Shown one piece after another: positions 25,108 to 39,557 of a DNA stretch of 64,000 nt. The position numbers and the translations under genes were made by a program. This stretch comes from Octopus vulgaris (lineage: Eukaryota), in NCBI GenBank assembly GCA_951406725.2, contig OX597820.1, positions 96,844,001 to 96,908,000 on the forward strand, read 5' to 3'. The notes beneath the pieces were generated by a model. It ran no database searches. It saw only the letters and a program-made list of their open reading frames with translations, and was not told the DNA's origin. Numbering within the stretch: the first letter of the stretch is position 1; every line of letters starts with the position of its first letter.

Positions 25108-25290
25108 CACATGCGTATACATATATATGATGGGCTTCTTCCAGTTTCCTTCTACCAAATCCACTCACAAGGCTTTGGTCGGCCCGAGGCTATAGTAGAA
25201 GACACTTACCCAAGGTGCCATGCAGTGTGACTGAACCCAGAACCATGTGGTTGGTAAGCAAGCTACTTACCACACAGCCACTCCTGCGCC
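24871..25290 (-). mobile_element. SINE family B
   Basis: Same family as 23946-24359. Confidence 0.88.
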
Positions 25291-26289
25291 ACTTCTGCAT
25301 AAACATGTCTGGTCATGGAGAAATATTAACTTGCATGGAAACAGATGAAACAGGTGAAGATTGGTGACAGGAAGGGGCATCTGGCTACAGGAAATATGCC
25401 TCAACAAAAACACCATCTAATCCATTCAAGTAAGGTAAAAAGTGAACATTAAAACAATGATGATGATGATAATAGATTGTTATAAGATTCTAAGGCTTCC
25501 TGCATGCGTTCCTCAGTTTAAAAGTTCTATGCAATTTGTTATGGAATATTTGACTGCTATATTGAGTAGACTGACCATGTCCATTGAAGTTTCTATTGTT
25601 TATACTAGAATGTACTAGTTTTAGGAAGAACAAGGCCTAGTCAAGGCTTTTGGCTAATAATGAATGTCTGTAAATTGTAAAGAATGAAACTGAATAGAAA
25701 CATTCTAAAGGCAGCAAGCTTGCAAGATTGTTATCATGCTAGGCAAAATGCTCAGTGGCATTATATTTGTCTTTACATTCTGAGTTCAAATTCTGCCAAG
25801 GTTGACTTTGCTTTTCATCCTTTCAGGGTTGATAAAATAAGTAGCAGTTGATCACTGGGGTTCAATGCAATTGACTTAGCCCCTCCCCCTGACCTTACTG
25901 GCCTTGTGCCAAAATTTAAAACCTATACTCTTATGTGTAAATTATTAGTCCATCTATCCATCTTCTCCACCTACTATTCTGGGGAGCGTTGAGAGGATAG
26001 AGTACTTGGGCATTTCTTCCATAGAGTCCTATTAGAAGCAACCACCATTTCACTTTATGGCTGGATTCCAATGCTTGACCAACTGAGACCATGCATATTA
26101 CCCAAACATCTCATTCATGGTCTACCACGAGGTCTACTTCTGGTTGGCTCAATTTGAAGAATCTGTAATGTGATTATTTCTCACAACATTCTAATCACAT
26201 ATCTGTGATAGCAGTTCAACCTGCAGAGACACCATTATCTCCAAGCTAAGCTCCCTGTCAAGTAACATCTCTCCAAAGATATACTCATG

Positions 26290-26682
26290 CATGGTAAGAA
26301 GTTTGCTTTCCCAACCACCTGGCTCAGGTTCAGTCCCACTGCATGGCACTTGCATAAGTGTCTTTTCCACAGCCTCAGATGAACCAAAGCTTTGTGAGTG
26401 GATTTGGTAGATGAAAACGGAAACAAGTCCATCATTTACATATACATGTGTGTGTGTCTTTTTATATGTGCATATCTCCTACCATTGTTCGATAACCACT
26501 GTTGGTGAGTTTACATCCCTGTAACTGAGTGGATTGGCAAAGAGACCAATAGAGTTAGTACCAGGCTTTAAAAAGTAATTAAGTACTGGGGTCGTTACAG
26601 TCAACCAAAGAAAAAAAATTAAAAGGTGATGCCCCAGCATGGCCACAGTCTAATGATTGAAACAAGTGAAAAAGATAAAAGA
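26290..26682 (+). mobile_element. SINE family B (diverged)
   Basis: ggtaagaagtttgctttcccaaccac...ccccagcatggccacagtc. Confidence 0.75.
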
Positions 26683-26728
26683 AATAACTTTAAATGAATT
26701 AATAATTTATGCACAGATATTGTAAATC

Positions 26729-26772
<44 letters not shown>

Positions 26773-27764
26773 TATCATGATCATCATCATCATCGTCGTC
26801 GTCATTGTCGTCGTTGTTGTCGTCGTCATCATCATCATCATCATTTTAACATCTGCTTTTCCATGCTTGGGTGGATCAAACGAGAGTATGTTGGGACATA
26901 ATTTTCTACAGCTGGACACCCTTCCTGATTCCAAATCCCATATATTGCCAAGCAATATTTTCAAAAGTAATTTTGAAATAATAAAGTTAGTGTATTTCAA
27001 AAGAAATAGGGCAATGAAAGGGGCTAAACAACACACAACAATAATGAAGGTTTCAAATTTTGCCACAAGGGAAGCAATTCTAGGGGAGGGAATGATTCGA
27101 TTACATCGACACCAGTCTTCAACTGGCACTTATCTTATCAACCCCGAAAGGATGAAAGGCAAAGTTGACCTCGGTGGAATTTAAACTCAGAATGTGAAGA
27201 TGGATGCAAAAATTTTTGTGTCCATACAACACAAAAATTCCCTTTCATCCAAACAAAGTGGACTATTACTTTTTCTCAACACATAAATAATTTAGACAGA
27301 CTATATCTATAACTGACTTATAACTAGACATATCATTGTTATTTTACTGCTATTTACTTTTATTATTGTTAAATATAAAGCAGGATGACAATCAATATAA
27401 TACATTTCTCATTCTAACAATAGTTTTCAATTTGATAATCAAAAGTTTTATGCTGAATGAAATCTTTTTTCAAAAGTCGTCTGAAAGAAATATGTGAGAA
27501 ATATAAAGAAATTCAGGGAAGTAATAGGAATTTTATATTATATTCATGGGAATATGTTGTACACATATGTATATGTCTATGTATGTGTGTGTGAATGTGC
27601 GTGTGGGGGGTGGGGTGCATGAGTGTATTGATTGTGTATTTTCATTTGTATCAAAAAATATTAAAAGTTTTACACTGTTTATATTTACTGAAATTACAGA
27701 AGCCAGATGCAATTTTTGCAAAATTTTATATCTATGAATTAAATACACACATGCTCGTATACAT

Positions 27765-28593
27765 CATCATCATTGTCGTCGTCGTTTAACGTTTGTTTTC
27801 CATGCTAGCATGGGTTGGACAGTTTGACCGGGGTTTGGGAAGCCAGGAGGCTGCACCAGGCTCCAGTCTGATCCGGCAGTGTTTCTACAGCTGGATGCCC
27901 TTCCTAACACCAACTACTCCATGAGTGTAGAGGGTGATTTTTATGTGCCACCGGCACAGGTGCCAGGGGAGGCTGGCAACAGCCACAATCGGTTGGTGCT
28001 TTTTACATGCCATCAGCATGGAAGCCAGTCCAGGTGGCGCTGGCATCGGCCACATTCTGATGGTGCTTTTTATGTGCCACCAGCACAGGTATCACAACTA
28101 CAATTTCCATTTGATTTTTATTTTGATGTTGATGTACTTGACTCAGTAGGTCTCCTCAAGCACAGCAGGTCACCCTACAACCCAAGGTAAGTACAGCAGG
28201 CCGTCTTGCAATCCAAAGTACTTTGGGTGGGCTGGGGCTGCTATGTGAAGCTGGTGCAGGAAACAGCCATGAACTCACATTATTTGTCGGGTCTTCACAG
28301 TCACAGCATATCTCCAGAAGTCTAGGTCTTTCGTCATTGCCTCTGTGAGGCCCAACGTTCAAAGGTCATGCTTGGCCACATCATCCCATGTCTTTCTGGG
28401 TCTACCTCTATTCTGGATTCCTTCAACTGTTGGGGAGTGGCACTTCTTTCAACAGCTCTCCTCATCCATCTGTAGTACATGACCATACTAGCCCAAACAT
28501 CTCTCTTGCATGCCACATCCAATGCTTCTTACATTCAGCATTTCTCTCAGGGTGCTTACACTCTGTCGTGTGTGCACTCTGACATTACACATC
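27765..28593 (-). mobile_element. RTE LINE 3' fragment
   Basis: (cat)n terminus plus the reverse complement of the RGRP..TW-type C-terminal region seen at about 31850. Confidence 0.8.
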
Positions 28594-28950
28594 CATGTGC
28601 TTGGCTTGTGAGATCTCCAAACCTCACCGTGTGTGATTTTTTTCTTGTGGGGATCTGTAAAAGATTACGTTTATGTTCCACTGTACTCACTAACCTCAAT
28701 AACCTTAAACATCGAGTAACAACAGCGGTCAACTCAGTGGATCATGATATAATGATACATGTCAGGGAGGAATTCTCTTATTGCATTGATGTTGCCCATG
28801 TTGCAGGTGGTGGCCACATCGAACACTTGTAAGACAAGAAATAAAAGTTGATTGTGAGTAAATACTTGTGACTTAGCTGGAGTTTTCTATTGCTTTTCTT
28901 TATTAAAATATTGCGTAATGAAATCGGTTCATTCTTTTTGAATAACCCTA
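28594..28950 (+). pseudogene. Mariner-type (rosa/DD41D-like) transposase C-terminal fragment with right end
   Basis: AWLVRSPNLTVCDFFL...NLNNLKHRVTTAVNSV...GGGHIEHL*, ending ...gaataaccc|tata. Confidence 0.7.
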
Positions 28951-29041
28951 TATATACATATATATATATATACACATACATACATACATACATACATACA
29001 TACACGTGCATACACATACGTGCGCATGCATGCGTACACAT

Positions 29042-29151
<110 letters not shown>

Positions 29152-29462
29152 AGAGCTTGAGATATGTGCTTCTAAGACTCAGGACTTATGAATTGTTCTT
29201 GAATATTTTATTGGCTATTACTTCCTCCTAGAGGAACATGTTTGCTCAAACAAAGTTGATCGGGGTTAACACAACAGCAAATAACAAACAGAATGACATA
29301 AAACTTTAAAACACAATTTGCTTAAAACAAGAGAGAAGAGAAAGAGGTGAGGAGTGATGTCATGATGTCATGGTTGTTTGGAATAAATAGCTGACATTAC
29401 TGGTGTCAATCATTCTAACTGGAATTACAGCTTACATATCACCAGGCAAAGTGGTTACCCAG

Positions 29463-29493
<31 letters not shown>

Positions 29494-30196
29494 ACACACA
29501 CACACACGAGTATGCAGCCACATACACATGCACAGGTGCCAGTGTGCGCATACATGCAAACACATATGCGATACACGCGTATGTACATACAATAAATATG
29601 AACAAACACAATAAATTGCTTTTCATCTTAAAGATGTTGCTGCAACCTGTACCTTGCTAGAATTAAGGGTGTCCACACTTCTGTCAGTTCTACAAAGCAT
29701 TAAGATCATTAAGATCACCCTGATCACTTCTTCCTATGAACTAGTCAAACATGTACCGCTTCAACACAAATCTCCGCTTATCCCCCCACCCCACCCCTAC
29801 ATCATTCCATATCATACCAGACTTGTAAACATTTATCTCAGTAAGCCTATTAGAGAGTGGCTTGACCTACATGATTGTTCAGGTTGCTAGAAATAACAGT
29901 CAATGTCACCTTCAAATTACAACTCCATCCAATTATTAAAGGAAGGGTACGTTAAATAATTCCAACAGCCCTTTCATATCACACCCTATTCTGTTATAAA
30001 AGATATAAATAGTTCTAAATATATTATGTCTCAGAAACATAAGTGGTGGTGGTCATCACAGATGGAATGTCTTCAATCATATGTCTACTGGACTTGATAT
30101 AGATTTACTCTACATTTTGTGTATTTAATCAGCCAGTGAGAAATGGTGGCCAAATTTCCTTTAAATTAAATTCTGCTGATTGAAAATAAAATAAAG

Positions 30197-30480
30197 TACT
30201 GTAAATCCTTGAGTATAGTCCGCCCTTGAGTATAAAATGCAGAGGATTTTTAGGGGCTGTACCTCTGAAAAACCTAAACCTTGTGTATAATACGTACTTC
30301 TTCTCTAACTTGAGTCAAGGAGGTCTATATAACGTCCTTGGTTTGTAAAAATGTATACAGTAACGTCCTTTATTATTATTGTATATATATATATATAACA
30401 TAATGCAAACGTGTAGCTTTTTTGTGCGTTTTGTTTGCAGAAAATAAAGAAATAATAGTAATAACGTTTAATAAATGTTT
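30197..30480 (+). mobile_element. Possible pogo/Tigger-type left end
   Basis: ta|ctgtaaatccttgagtatagtccgcccttgagtataa shows repeated subterminal motifs. No partner TIR was seen. Confidence 0.4.
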
Positions 30481-30489
30481 CTGGCAAGA

Positions 30490-32380
30490 CAGCTGCAGGA
30501 GAAATTCCTAACAAAAGACAAACCTCTGTACTTAGCTTTGATTGACATGGAGAAAATCATTGACAGGTTCCCTCAATTCCTTATCTGGTGATCAATGTGG
30601 AAACTAGGGATAGATGGGTGGTTGGTGAGAGTTGTACAAGCCATGTACAGGGATGCTGTCAGTAAGGTGAGGCTTGGCAATGAGTATAGTGAAGAATTCC
30701 AGGTAGAAGTAGGGATTCACAAAGGATCGGTCCTCAGCCCCCTCTTATTCATCATAGTCTTCCTGGCAATAACAGAGGAATTCAAGACAGGCTGCCTCTG
30801 GGAGCTCCTCTATTCTGATGACCTTGATCTAATAGCTGAATCACTATCAGAACTAGAGAAGTTTCAGGTGTGGTCTAGAATTGAGGGCCTTAGAGCCAAT
30901 CTAGCAAAAACCAAAGTCTTAGTAAGTCAGAAGGCAGACAAATCACAAATCCCTTCAGGTAGATGGCCCTGCTCAATCTGTAGAAAAGGTTAGGTAGAAA
31001 TTCCATAAGATGTACCCAGTGTAAGTTATGGCCACATAAGAGGTGCAGCAATATCAAAAGAAGGTTAACTGGGAAGATAGTTTTTCAGTATGGCAGATGC
31101 ACAAGGGCAATAAACACCGAAGATGTACAGAAAACAGATTCCATCACATGCCAGGGGTAAAACTAGAAGTAGTTGATAGCTTCTGTTACCTAGGTTACCA
31201 AGTCAGTAGCAGGGTTGAATGCTCTGAGGGCATAGCTGCCAGAATAAGAATATCCTGGGCTAAGTTCAGAGAGATCCTACCTCCGCTGGTAAGAAAGGGC
31301 CTCTCACTCAGAGTGAAAGGTAGACTGTATGATGCATGTATGTGAACAGGCATGTTATACTGCAGTGAAACATGGGCTGTGACTGCTGGGGACATGCGTA
31401 GGCTTGAAAGAAATGAAGCTAGTATGCTCTGCCGGATGTGTAATGTCCGTGTGCATATATGACAGAGTGTAAGCACCCTGAGTGAAATGTTGGACATAAG
31501 AAGCATCAGATGTGATGTGCAAGAGAGACAACTGCACTGGTATGGTCATATGGTCATAAGGTGGTGAGCTGGCAGAAACGTTAGCACGCGTAGCTGTACT
31601 TCGTCTGCTGTTAGGTTCAGTGTTCAAATTCCGCCGAGGTAAACTTTGCCTTTCATCCTTTTGGGGTCGATAAATTAAGTACCAGTTACGCACTGGAGTC
31701 GATGTAATCGACTTAATACCTATGTCTGTCCTTGTTTGTACCCTTTGTGTTTAGCCCCTTGTGGGTAGTAAAGAAATAGGTATGGTCATCTGTTATGTAA
31801 GGATGAGGACAGCTGAGTGAGGAAGTGTCACACCTTAACAGTGGAAAGAACCTGTGGAAGAGGTAAACCCAGAAAGACATGGGATGAGGTGCTGAAGCAC
31901 AACCTTCGAATGTTGGGCCACACAGAGGCAATGACAAGCGACCAAGACCTTTGGAGATATGCTGTGATTGAGAAGACCTGGCAAGCGAAGTGTGGTCGTT
32001 GCCATGGCCAATACCAGTATTGTATAACCAGCACATTTAAAAGTATCCTTCAATTGTCAGGCAATACTATGCTGTGCTTGAGAAGACCTGTTGAGTCAAG
32101 TGAAATCGTAATCATGGCCAATGCCAGTGCCACCTCACTGGTACCTATGCTGGTGGCATGTAGAAAGCACCATTCGAACGTGGTCGATGACAGTGTTGCC
32201 TGACTGACCCTCATGCCAGTGGCACATAAAAAGCATCCACTACACTCTCGGAGTGGTTGGCATTAGGAAGGACATCCAGCTTTAGAAACCTTGCCAGATC
32301 AGATTGGAGCCTGATGCAGCCACCTGGCTTGCCAGTCTTCAGTCAAGTGGACGTTATATAATGATGATGATGATGATGAT
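30490..32380 (+). pseudogene. 5'-truncated RTE-clade LINE reverse transcriptase relic
   Basis: IDMEK...MWKLGI...GIHKGSVLSPLLFII...LLYSDDL...VVDSFCYLG...RGKPRKTW with many stops, followed by a 3' UTR ending in (GAT)n. Confidence 0.92.
31558..31778 (+). mobile_element. SINE family A inserted in the RTE
   Basis: Flanked by ggtatggtcat at 31539-31549 and 31779-31789. Confidence 0.9.
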
Positions 32381-32459
32381 GGTGATACATATATGTGTGT
32401 GTGTGCGTGCATATGTGTTAGTGTGTGTGTTTGTGTGTGTGTATGTATGTGTTTGTGTG

Positions 32460-32501
<42 letters not shown>

Positions 32502-32503
<2 letters not shown>

Positions 32504-33380
32504 GGGTGTGGTGAATATATTGTCATGTAAGTTACGCAAAAATGAACATAACACTGACATCTTTTTTTAACAGATACATTTACCAAAATTGCATAAAAAA
32601 TATCTTGAAATACTAAAGAGTCAATTTATTCAATATAATCACCATGGCTTCAACTACGGCCTCCAGACGACTTCAGAATTTCCTGCAACTCTTCTGGATA
32701 GTCTCCTAATTTAAGTTAGAGAATGCTGCTATAATCCTTGCCCTCAGTTCATTTTTGGTGTTTCAAGGAGTTTTGTGGTCACTCACTCAACTGCGCCCCA
32801 CACATAATAATAAAGAGGATTGCAGTCTGGAGAGTTGATAGGTGGCCAGATGTTAGGCGTAATGTGGTTGCAGAAAATGTCTGACAGCCATGACTGGGTT
32901 CTCCTACTTGTGCGACATGGTGCAGAGTCCTGTCGCCAGACATAGGGTCTTCCAGCACCCTCTTGACTCAGGGCAGCACTACCTCCTCCAGGTACTTGAT
33001 GTAGGCCTCCGTGTTGAGCCTGAGGCTGTGTGGAGAAATGAATGAAGGTATGATGCTTCCAACACTAGTGATTGCTCCAAACACCAAGATGTTGACTGGA
33101 TGTTTGATTTTTATCACTCTCGGTGCATGTTTTGGGGAAACAACAAGTCAACAGTTGTTCTGTGTGTTCATCATCTGCTCATACTGGAACTTCTGGTGTG
33201 AATGACAAGCAGTACAGCATGTCATTTCCAAATTTCTGGCAGAGTGAATTGCATCATGGTGCTGTTTTTCTCAGACAGTGCCCAACTGGCCCTACTATAC
33301 TGTGTAGTCAACAAAATCAAAAACATATAATGTGCTTGCGCAAAATATAAAATGGTAACAATTTACCTATCACACCCTAT
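32502..33380 (-). mobile_element. Internally deleted DD37D (maT-type) Tc1/mariner element
   Basis: Minus translation KHPVNILVFG...YVW.QDSAPC.TSRRTQSWLSDIFCNHITPNIWPP/NSPDCNPL.YYVWGAVE gives 37 residues between D2 and the D3 position after correcting one frameshift. Degenerate TIRs cagggtgtg / cacacccta sit in a TA context. Confidence 0.75.
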
Positions 33381-33987
33381 ATATTTGTATGTATATTTAT
33401 GTATGCATGTATCTATCTATTTATATATGTGTGTGTGTTTGTGTGTATTTAGTCATCATTAATTGTGACTGTAATGCTTCAAGTACATATATTGCTAAAA
33501 ATAAGAGTTAAACCACTTAAAGCTGTGTAAAAGTACATTTATATCTACTGACAGAGTAGATAGCTGCTCCATGATTAAAGCAAAGCTAGAATGCTGGACT
33601 GCACAGTTCATCCTGATGGGAATTATCAACAGTCTGCTCAACCGCCCACACTAATTTTATGTTCTACCAGGGGGATCAATATCATTGTTTAAAGGCATGA
33701 AATTGCATTGATTCTTTCGCCAATAACTGATGATGATTTGGCAACTTTCTGTGTCTGTTTTCCATCTGTTTGTGCATTTATTATATATTTTTTAACAGTA
33801 TAAATTATAAAACTGCCAACACTACTATATGAACATGAAGACTGCATAGTTTAATGCATGAAAGTACTAGTTCAGTCAGAATGGACATTTAATATTCTAT
33901 CATTTCATTATATGATATTATTTGATATGATTTTGTTATAAGATTGTAAATAAAATATGAAAATCAAAGTTGGAATTTCTATGAGTA

Positions 33988-34072
<85 letters not shown>

Positions 34073-35000
34073 TGTATGTGTCCCATCATGACCACAGCCT
34101 TGCAGTTGAAACACATAGAAGAATAACAGAATATATATAAACATATATACATAAGTATGTAGACAAATATAAACAAATTTAAGAAAGTTGCACTTTGAAG
34201 ATTTGATTGGAATTACATATTCAATAACAATTTATTTCGGCTCTATACAACTTACAATTTTGTAGGTAAAATCCTACCTACTACTCACCGTTGACAATTA
34301 TAGGTTGTGGTCTGTTGAGGCAGTGTAAGTGTGTGTTTACATCTTTTGTCACATGCGATGTTGTTTAAGCAGGGGTAACTGACTTTGACATTGTAAGGGT
34401 TCAGAAGTTTACAATACTTATGAGTTCTAGGGAAATGTTCTGTAACTAATGCCAGGAAACTCTTGCTATTTTGGTTGGATCTTCTAGGTTATACAGAGGA
34501 TTAAACTTGATTACTATTCTCTTTCTGATTGTCTTTGAGTTCGGGCATGGAATTGTGATGCCCTCTGTATATACCGTGACTGTATATACTGTATATACTG
34601 TATATACTGTATATACTGTGCTAGAATGTCATTCTAAAGATAAACAATCACATGACTGAAATCTTTAAACTGCAATATAATGTATCAGTTTGAAACACTG
34701 TGACTAAATACACATTTCATTTGACAGAGTGATCTCAATCCTCAAGGGTTAACAAGTGTTTCATTTTTTGAAATGTCATAAAATCAGTTTTAAAAAAAAC
34801 TATTCATGAGCTAAAGAGCTTTGCTACATACTTCCTGGTGACTCTATAGGATAAAAGATAAGAATGAAAGAAGAAACATGTAAAGGCATGTTGGAAGGTA
34901 CAATAAAAATAAGAGTCCTGACATGAAACCGATCATGTGTTATCTGTTCTCCTAGTGAGATAAAAATGAATAAGTCAAGATATGATTAAGTCTATGCACT

Positions 35001-35114
<114 letters not shown>

Positions 35115-35375
35115 CACAACTTTTGATAAGTACAGTGAATAAGGGGCAAAAGTTTTGTTTTTTAAAAAAGAAAGAAAACAAGCTTTCAAGGCACAGACAA
35201 TAGCTCAGTAGTTAAGAAGTTTGCTTTGTATCCTGATGGTTTAGGTATTTATTAGAGGTATTTAACCTCTGCAAGGTGCCTTGTGTAAGAGACTTTGATA
35301 GTATTTTTAATGTTCACCTATACATTGCAAGTGGAATTTAATAAACAGAATTTGTGCGGAAGCTCAACAGACATG

Positions 35376-36652
35376 CAGGGGTTGGACCAAATAATGGAAA
35401 CACCTTAAAATTTCTAACAAATTTATTTTGATATGGGATAGGACCACCTTTGGCAGTAATTTCAGCTTGAATTCTATGAGGCATGGACTCATACAAAGTT
35501 TGAATTGTTTCCAAAGGAATTTTTTTCCATTCTTCAGCTAAAACAGTCTCCAGTTCTTGTAGTGATGATGGTAGAGGATATCGACTCCTTACTTGTTTTT
35601 CTAAAATGCACCATAAATGTTCAATAATATTGAGTTCTGGGGACTGTGGTGGCCAGATAAGATGTTCAATTTCTCTAGAATGTTCTTCGTACAATTCAGT
35701 AACAACTTTAGCTGTGTCAATTGGTGCATTATCGTCTTGAAAGATTGCGTTTCCCTCCAGAAACAGTTCCACAACCATAGGATGAATTTGATCATATAAA
35801 ATGCTTAAATAGTCTTGACTATTAATTCTACCATGAAGGAAAACCATTGGGCCAGCGGATTTCCAAGATACAGCTCCACCAGATCATCACAGATCCTCCT
35901 CCATGTTTAAGAGTTGGAAGAAGGCAGTCTGGGTCAATTGCTTCTTTTGGTTGTCTCCACATGTATACTTGGCCAGTGGTCAGAAATAAGGTAACGGTTG
36001 ACTTGTCAGAGAAAATAACATTCTTCCACTGCTCTAGGGACCAATTCTGTAGGTTTTTACTCCACCCTAAACGCTTTGCAACGTTTGTTTTTGAAAGTAG
36101 TGGTTTTCTGATTGCAACCCTCCCATGAAATCTGGCTTTGTGCAGCTCCTGGTGAACAGTTTTTGTGGAAACTGGGTTCTCAAGATGTTCATTAAGCTCT
36201 GCAGTAATTTTGGGAGCTGTACTTTTGTGATTCTTTCAAACAATTAGTGTAAGAGTCCGATGGTCCCTATCTGAAAGTTTTGATTTTCTTCCAGAGTTTT
36301 GTTTTGACAAGGAGGTTTTTCCCTCTTTCTCAAAAGCTGTCATTACTTTCAATACAGTACTTCTTTATACACCAAACATTCCAGCTGTTTCCATTATGCT
36401 AGCGCCTGCCATACAGGCACCAACAATTTGACCTGTTTGAAAGTCTGATAGATCTGTCATTTTAATGAATTTTAATTACCTTTTCTGATGATATCTGAAA
36501 AGAAACAACAATTTTAGAAAAAAAAACATATTAAGCAACACTAATAATAAATAAAAAAACATAAAAATAAACGAGCTTTTGACGGTTTTATAGATATTTC
36601 AAAATTATGATGCAATGATGCTAGGTGTTTCCATTATTTTGTCCAACCCCTG
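35376..36652 (-). mobile_element. Full-length 1277-bp Tc1-like transposon with DD36E spacing; transposase pseudogenised
   Basis: 30-bp TIRs caggggttggaccaaataatggaaacacct at 35376-35405 and 36623-36652, with right flank TA. The ATG at 36460 begins MTDLSDFQTGQIVGA and hits an early stop. Motifs WKNVIFSD, FQDDNAPID and WPPQSPELNIIE are present. Confidence 0.93.
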
Positions 36653-37424
36653 TATATGTATGTACACATATATATATCCTTCTATCTTGCTCCCTTCCTC
36701 TCTTTCCATAATTATATGTGTGTGTGCATGTGTGTGTGTGTGTGCATGTGTGTGTGTGTGTGGTCATTTCATCATGTTAAAACACTAATCCCTACACAAT
36801 TTTCCCTCTGTTTTGTCATTCTCTCTCATCCCTTTCTGTTGAAGAGCACAGGTTCAAAACGTTGAAGACTTTTCCATTCTTCCTGAGTGTCAAACTAATA
36901 CACTTGTTTGTTGTTCCCTCACCTATCTTCGTCTTTTGTTTTCTGTAAATTTCAACTGCATGTATACATATGTGAGAATGCTTATTGATCGCTACAATTG
37001 TTGTTTCAACCCATCTAGCACCGATCCATCATGGATGGGATACTGAACAACTGGTTTAGGAGTATCTGTCAGTGTAGATGTGTCTCTTTGAGTGATTACA
37101 AGATGTATCTTGTTAAAATAATGTCTGTTCTAGTTTTCTTCTCGGTATGAGTATACAAAAGTAGCAAATTAATGGATATAGTTTCATTATTATAAAAGAT
37201 CAATAGTAATAAATATCAAATGCAAAACGAAATAAATACCTAATACAGCAAAAAAGTATTTTATATATATACATGTGTATATATTATAATAAATTAGAGA
37301 CAAAGCCACTATTATGCAAATCAAACAAAGAAGGACTTAATCCAATACATAAATTAATTTATATTATTTTGAAATTTATGTATATATATATATATATGTA
37401 TGTATATATATATGTATGTGTGTG

Positions 37425-37756
37425 ATCATTACCTGCGTCGCCTTACTAGCACTTGTGCTGGTGGCACGTGAAAAACATTCGAGCGAGGTCGTTGCCAGTG
37501 CCACTGGACTGGCTCCTGTGCAGGTGGCACATAAAAAGCACCATTTGAGCATGGCCGTTGCCAGTACTACCTGACTGGCCCTTGTGCCGGTGGCACGTAA
37601 AAGCACCCACTACACTCTGGGAGAGGTTGGCGTTAGGAAGGGCATCCAGCTGTAGAAACTCTGCCAGATCAGATTGGAGTCTGGTGCAGCCATCTGGTTC
37701 GCCAGATCTCAGTCAAATTGTCCAACCCATGCTAGCATGGAAAGCGGACGTTAAAC

Positions 37757-37785
<29 letters not shown>
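37425..37785 (+). mobile_element. RTE-tail-derived repeat, family C
   Basis: Ends gctagcatggaaagcggacgttaaac(gat)n. Inverted sister copies lie at about 38150-38415 and 51620-52000. Confidence 0.85.
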
Positions 37786-37787
<2 letters not shown>

Positions 37788-38849
37788 TATGTATGTATGT
37801 ATGTATGTATCTATCTATCTATCTATCTATCCATCTATCTATCTATCTATCTATCTATATTGTGTTCAAAAAATTCTCGAATGGAAAAAGTGGGACATGC
37901 ACGAACATGCCAGTGGGACATGCACCAACATCTATCTGCAAACATGGTAGACATTCTACCATTATACCAAAGCAGCCCTTAGAATTTTCTTCATACATTT
38001 TAGAAGCTTTCTTCTTACCAGCAAGAATTGTGTGCCGTTTATGTCATAGGAATTTAGAAACTTCAAGAGAATGGAATAAATCATTTTTAATAACAGAACT
38101 TGAAGTAGGTAAATCTATAACAGTGTGTAGAATATTCATCATCACCATCATCATCATCATCATCGTTTAACGTCCGTTTTCCGCGCTAGCACGGGTTGGA
38201 CGGTTCGACTGGGGTCTGGGAAGCCAGGGGCTGCACCAGGCTCCAGTCTGATCTGGCAGTGTTTCTACAGCTGGATGCCCTTCCTAATGCCAACCACTCC
38301 GCGAGTGTAGTGGGTGCTTTTTACGTGCCACCTGCACAGGTGCCAGAGGGGTCTGGCATCGGCCACGATCGGTTGGTGCTTTTTATGTGCCACCGGCACA
38401 GAAGCCAGTCGAGGGTTTGGGTTTAAAAAAGGCTTTGGATGGAAATAATCATCATTATTGTCATCATCATCATCATCATCATCGTCATCACTACCATCAT
38501 CTTCATCATCGTTACCATTTTAACGTCCACTTTTACATTATTGTATGGGTCCGGTGAAATTCATTGAGGCAGATTTTCTATGTCCTTCCTCTTGCCAATG
38601 TTCACCTGTTTCAAAACCAGAGAATAATCGTCATGGACATGTTTTCACATGTCTTCAAGAGCAGCCTTCTTCATTTTAAAGTCTCTTTCACTTTGAAAGT
38701 ACTTGATTTGAAGATTTTCCCCTTCTGTTTTAATGTTGAAGGACATCAGATTTTTTGTTTTTTATTCATGCCCCTTATCAGCACAAAGCTTGAAGTGTTT
38801 GTTGATATTTTTGTATTCTTGTCTGTCTGCTGATAATGTTCCTGAGTGT

Positions 38850-39170
38850 TTTGTTGTTGTTGCTGGTGGTGGTGGTGGTGGTGGTGGTCGTTGTCGTTGT
38901 CATCGGGGTGGTCGTGATGGTGGTCATGGTGGTCATGGTGGTCGTGGTCATGGTGGTCGTGGTGGTTGTGGTCATGGTGCTCGTGGTCGTGGTGGTCGTG
39001 GTGGTGGTGATGGTAGTGGTGGTGGTGGTCATCGTCGTCGTGGTCATGGTGGTGGTCGTGGTGGTCGTGGTCGTGGTGGTCATGGTGGTCGCGGTGGTGG
39101 TGGTGGTGGTGGTGGTCATCGTCGTCATCGTCGTCGTCGTGGTGATGGTGGTCGTGGTGGTCGTGGTGGT
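38850..39170. repeat. (GGT/CGT/CAT) compound trinucleotide tract
   Basis: Seen directly. It is the source of the spurious Gly-, Val- and Thr-rich ORFs. Confidence 0.9.
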
Positions 39171-39557
39171 GAAGTTATTGTGGATTTGTCTGTATTTGGT
39201 GTAGATGTGGTTTCAGTGATGCTGTTGTGATTGTGTGGTTCATTGAAAGCCTGGTGTTTTTATTGAGTCTTTTTTTTATTTATTTGGCTATCCCTTCTCC
39301 TCACAAGATTATATTAATCCATGCTGGAAGAATTCAAAGCAGGAAGTAGAGGAGGTAGATTTTTGCATGTGTTTGAAAAAGTGGGACAGCTTTTACGTAG
39401 AGTAATAGAAAGGGTCTTAGTTTAGATATTTTCCTGAGGGGCCGCTTTTTGTTTGGCTGTTGCAGGCACCATTATTGTCGTTATTGCTGTTGTTGGTGAT
39501 GGTGCTGTTGATCTTCTCCCCTTGTTGTTGCTGCTGCTGTTGCTGCTGTTGCTGTTG

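Noticed and set aside
38733-39230. Gly/Arg/His-rich 165-aa ORF resembling an RGG protein
   Set aside because: It is a product of a GGT-type trinucleotide tract, open in multiple frames, with no splice or domain support.
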